IMG/VR virus record: IMGVR_UViG_2690316131_000017
DNA from: a virus
Taxonomy: Duplodnaviria; Heunggongvirae; Uroviricota; Caudoviricetes
DNA: 16,159 nt
Strand: one strand, 5' to 3'
Shown here in pieces: positions 14,930-16,159 of this stretch (the first letter of the stretch is position 1; each line of letters opens with the position of its first letter). The notes beneath the pieces were generated by a model. The model had not been told where the DNA came from. It was given only the letters and a program-made list of their open reading frames with translations, and did no database searches. Position numbers and translations under genes: made by a program.

Positions 14930-16159
14930 TTATTTTCTTCTGGCTACTGGTAGCGTGGTTACGTTTTCATGTGTTCCCGCCAGTATCCCTAACCGCTCCG
15001 TCCACATATCCAGCGCATTGCGTTTAGCATCCAGATAACGGGAATGATTATAAACTCGCTGCATTCCTGGCATCTGGTGGCCTGTAAGCTGCTCCACGAC
15101 GTGAGAATCCACGCCTAAATCGTTCAGCATCGTTGTAAAGGTGCGCCGGATGTCATGTAGTGACCAGTGAGGGTGATTTAGCCTCCTGTGCGCTAATCTG
15201 CCGTACTGCGACACGCTTGTTTCCTGTTTCACTTCCCCCAGCAATAAACCCGTGTGCCTGTTCTGCTCCACCAGCTGCGTGACGAACGGCAGTATTGCTT
15301 CCGGTATGGGCCGGAATATTGCCACCTTCGTTTTGCTGTGTTCTTTCGGCACGGTCCAGAGCATTTCGGTAAAATCCCACTCGCTGATCTCCGATAACCT
15401 CAGTTCTACCGTCCGGCATCCGAACACAATCAGGAGGCGGATTAGCGCGATGTAGTAGGGGGAGAATATTTTTTTGTCCAGTGCCTGCAATAATTCGCCA
15501 AGTTCTTTGTTGCTTAAGACACGCTCGCTTATATCCGGTTTTTTCCCAACGTCCGCCACACTCATATCATCAAGAACGTTGCTGATTGCATAGCGCCGCT
15601 TCCGGCAGAACTTAAGCGCCTGCTTGCATGTCTGTAGCAGGAACCCGGCGGAAACAGGGGCTTGCTTTGCCACCCGATCAAAACAGGCCAGCCAGTGCCG
15701 TAGCTCGCATTTATCCAGCGGCATAGGGCCAATGTGCTGTATTACGTGATTATTTAGCCGCTTTTTCAGTGGGTCATAATCCACACGGTTTTCCTTTGCG
15801 TACGACTCAAGCCAGTAGGTGAGCGTATCACCAACCGTTACCGGCTTTAACGCTTCCTGTACGGTGTAATTCATCTCATGACGTGGATTTTTCCCCTCAG
15901 CCAGCCATGCGCGACACTGGGCGGCTTTTTCCCTGGCTGATTTCAGACTCAGATCAGGATAATTTCCCAGCTTAATGCGTTCCGGTGGTGCCCCCCTTCC
16001 CGTTCCGGCCCTGTAAGTGAAATACCAGGTTAAAAGGCCGCTGGTTGAATGCCTGACGCTCAGATTTCCACCGTCATTAAGAAAGGCTGTTTTTTGGGCG
16101 GGTGTGCCGTTGATTTTCCTTAGCAGTGTATCGCTCAGTTTGTTAAGTGCTCTGCTCAT
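14930..16159 (-). CDS. tyrosine integrase with N-terminal arm-binding (DUF4102-like) domain
   Basis: 409 aa. N-terminal arm-binding-type pattern (LSDTLLRKI ... LNDGGNLSV ... WYFTYR ... IKLGNYPDLSLKSAREKA) and a C-terminal catalytic region with R..HxxR..Y-type residues (HDIRRTF ... HSRY). The ATG is the last 3 nt of the window, so the upstream region and att site are not visible. Confidence 0.9.
   Translation of the reverse strand: MSRALNKLSDTLLRKINGTPAQKTAFLNDGGNLSVRHSTSGLLTWYFTYRAGTGRGAPPERIKLGNYPDLSLKSAREKAAQCRAWLAEGKNPRHEMNYTVQEALKPVTVGDTLTYWLESYAKENRVDYDPLKKRLNNHVIQHIGPMPLDKCELRHWLACFDRVAKQAPVSAGFLLQTCKQALKFCRKRRYAISNVLDDMSVADVGKKPDISERVLSNKELGELLQALDKKIFSPYYIALIRLLIVFGCRTVELRLSEISEWDFTEMLWTVPKEHSKTKVAIFRPIPEAILPFVTQLVEQNRHTGLLLGEVKQETSVSQYGRLAHRRLNHPHWSLHDIRRTFTTMLNDLGVDSHVVEQLTGHQMPGMQRVYNHSRYLDAKRNALDMWTERLGILAGTHENVTTLPVARRK

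Larger units (their letters stand above)
1462..16159 (-). mobile_element. integrated capsid-forming phage satellite (cf-PICI-like island); integrase-proximal end at or beyond the window edge
   Basis: Contiguous int, alpA, primase and iteron ori plus an HK97-type capsid/portal/protease/connector/HNH/TerS/TerL module. No tail or lysis genes in ~14.7 kb. Begins immediately after the phoQ stop. Confidence 0.75.

Noticed and set aside
14708-15038. ORFs 14708-14908 (minus) and 14838-15038 (plus) over the TTGTT array and int 3' end
   Set aside because: They cover repeat and regulatory DNA or overlap the integrase antisense; no ribosome-binding site and no protein-like composition.
1462-16159. Complete or cryptic lambdoid/HK97-like prophage
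   Set aside because: There are no tail, lysis, CI/Cro-type immunity or recombination modules; replication is P4-type primase plus iterons; the size is about 14.7 kb. A satellite fits better than a degraded prophage because the head module is nearly intact (one amber codon) and the genes are tightly coupled.

Overview
The window holds the complete core gene phoQ (1-1461, + strand) followed directly by a ~14.7 kb integrated mobile element that fills the rest of the window and is read almost entirely on the minus strand. In transcription order from the right edge: tyrosine integrase (14930-16159), AlpA-like regulator, a small divergent plus-strand gene pair behind an operator-bearing promoter switch, six tightly overlapping small ORFs, a P4-family primase/helicase, an iteron origin, two terminator-bounded small-gene cassettes, then a full HK97-type head and packaging module (major capsid, prohead protease, portal, head closure, gp6-like connector, HNH endonuclease, P27-type TerS, TerL). 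There are no tail, baseplate, tail-fibre or lysis genes. I read this as a capsid-forming phage satellite (cf-PICI-like), not a prophage. The portal gene carries a single in-frame TAG. A 15-bp motif (AACAACGTGGAACAA) built from 10-bp-phased AACAA boxes recurs at three places: the island terminus, the packaging-operon promoter, and between int and alpA. All protein calls rest on motif and family recognition from the translations; no database search was possible. My hand-derived coordinates near 13140-13262 disagreed by 2 nt with the ORF track, so I used the track's coordinates there.
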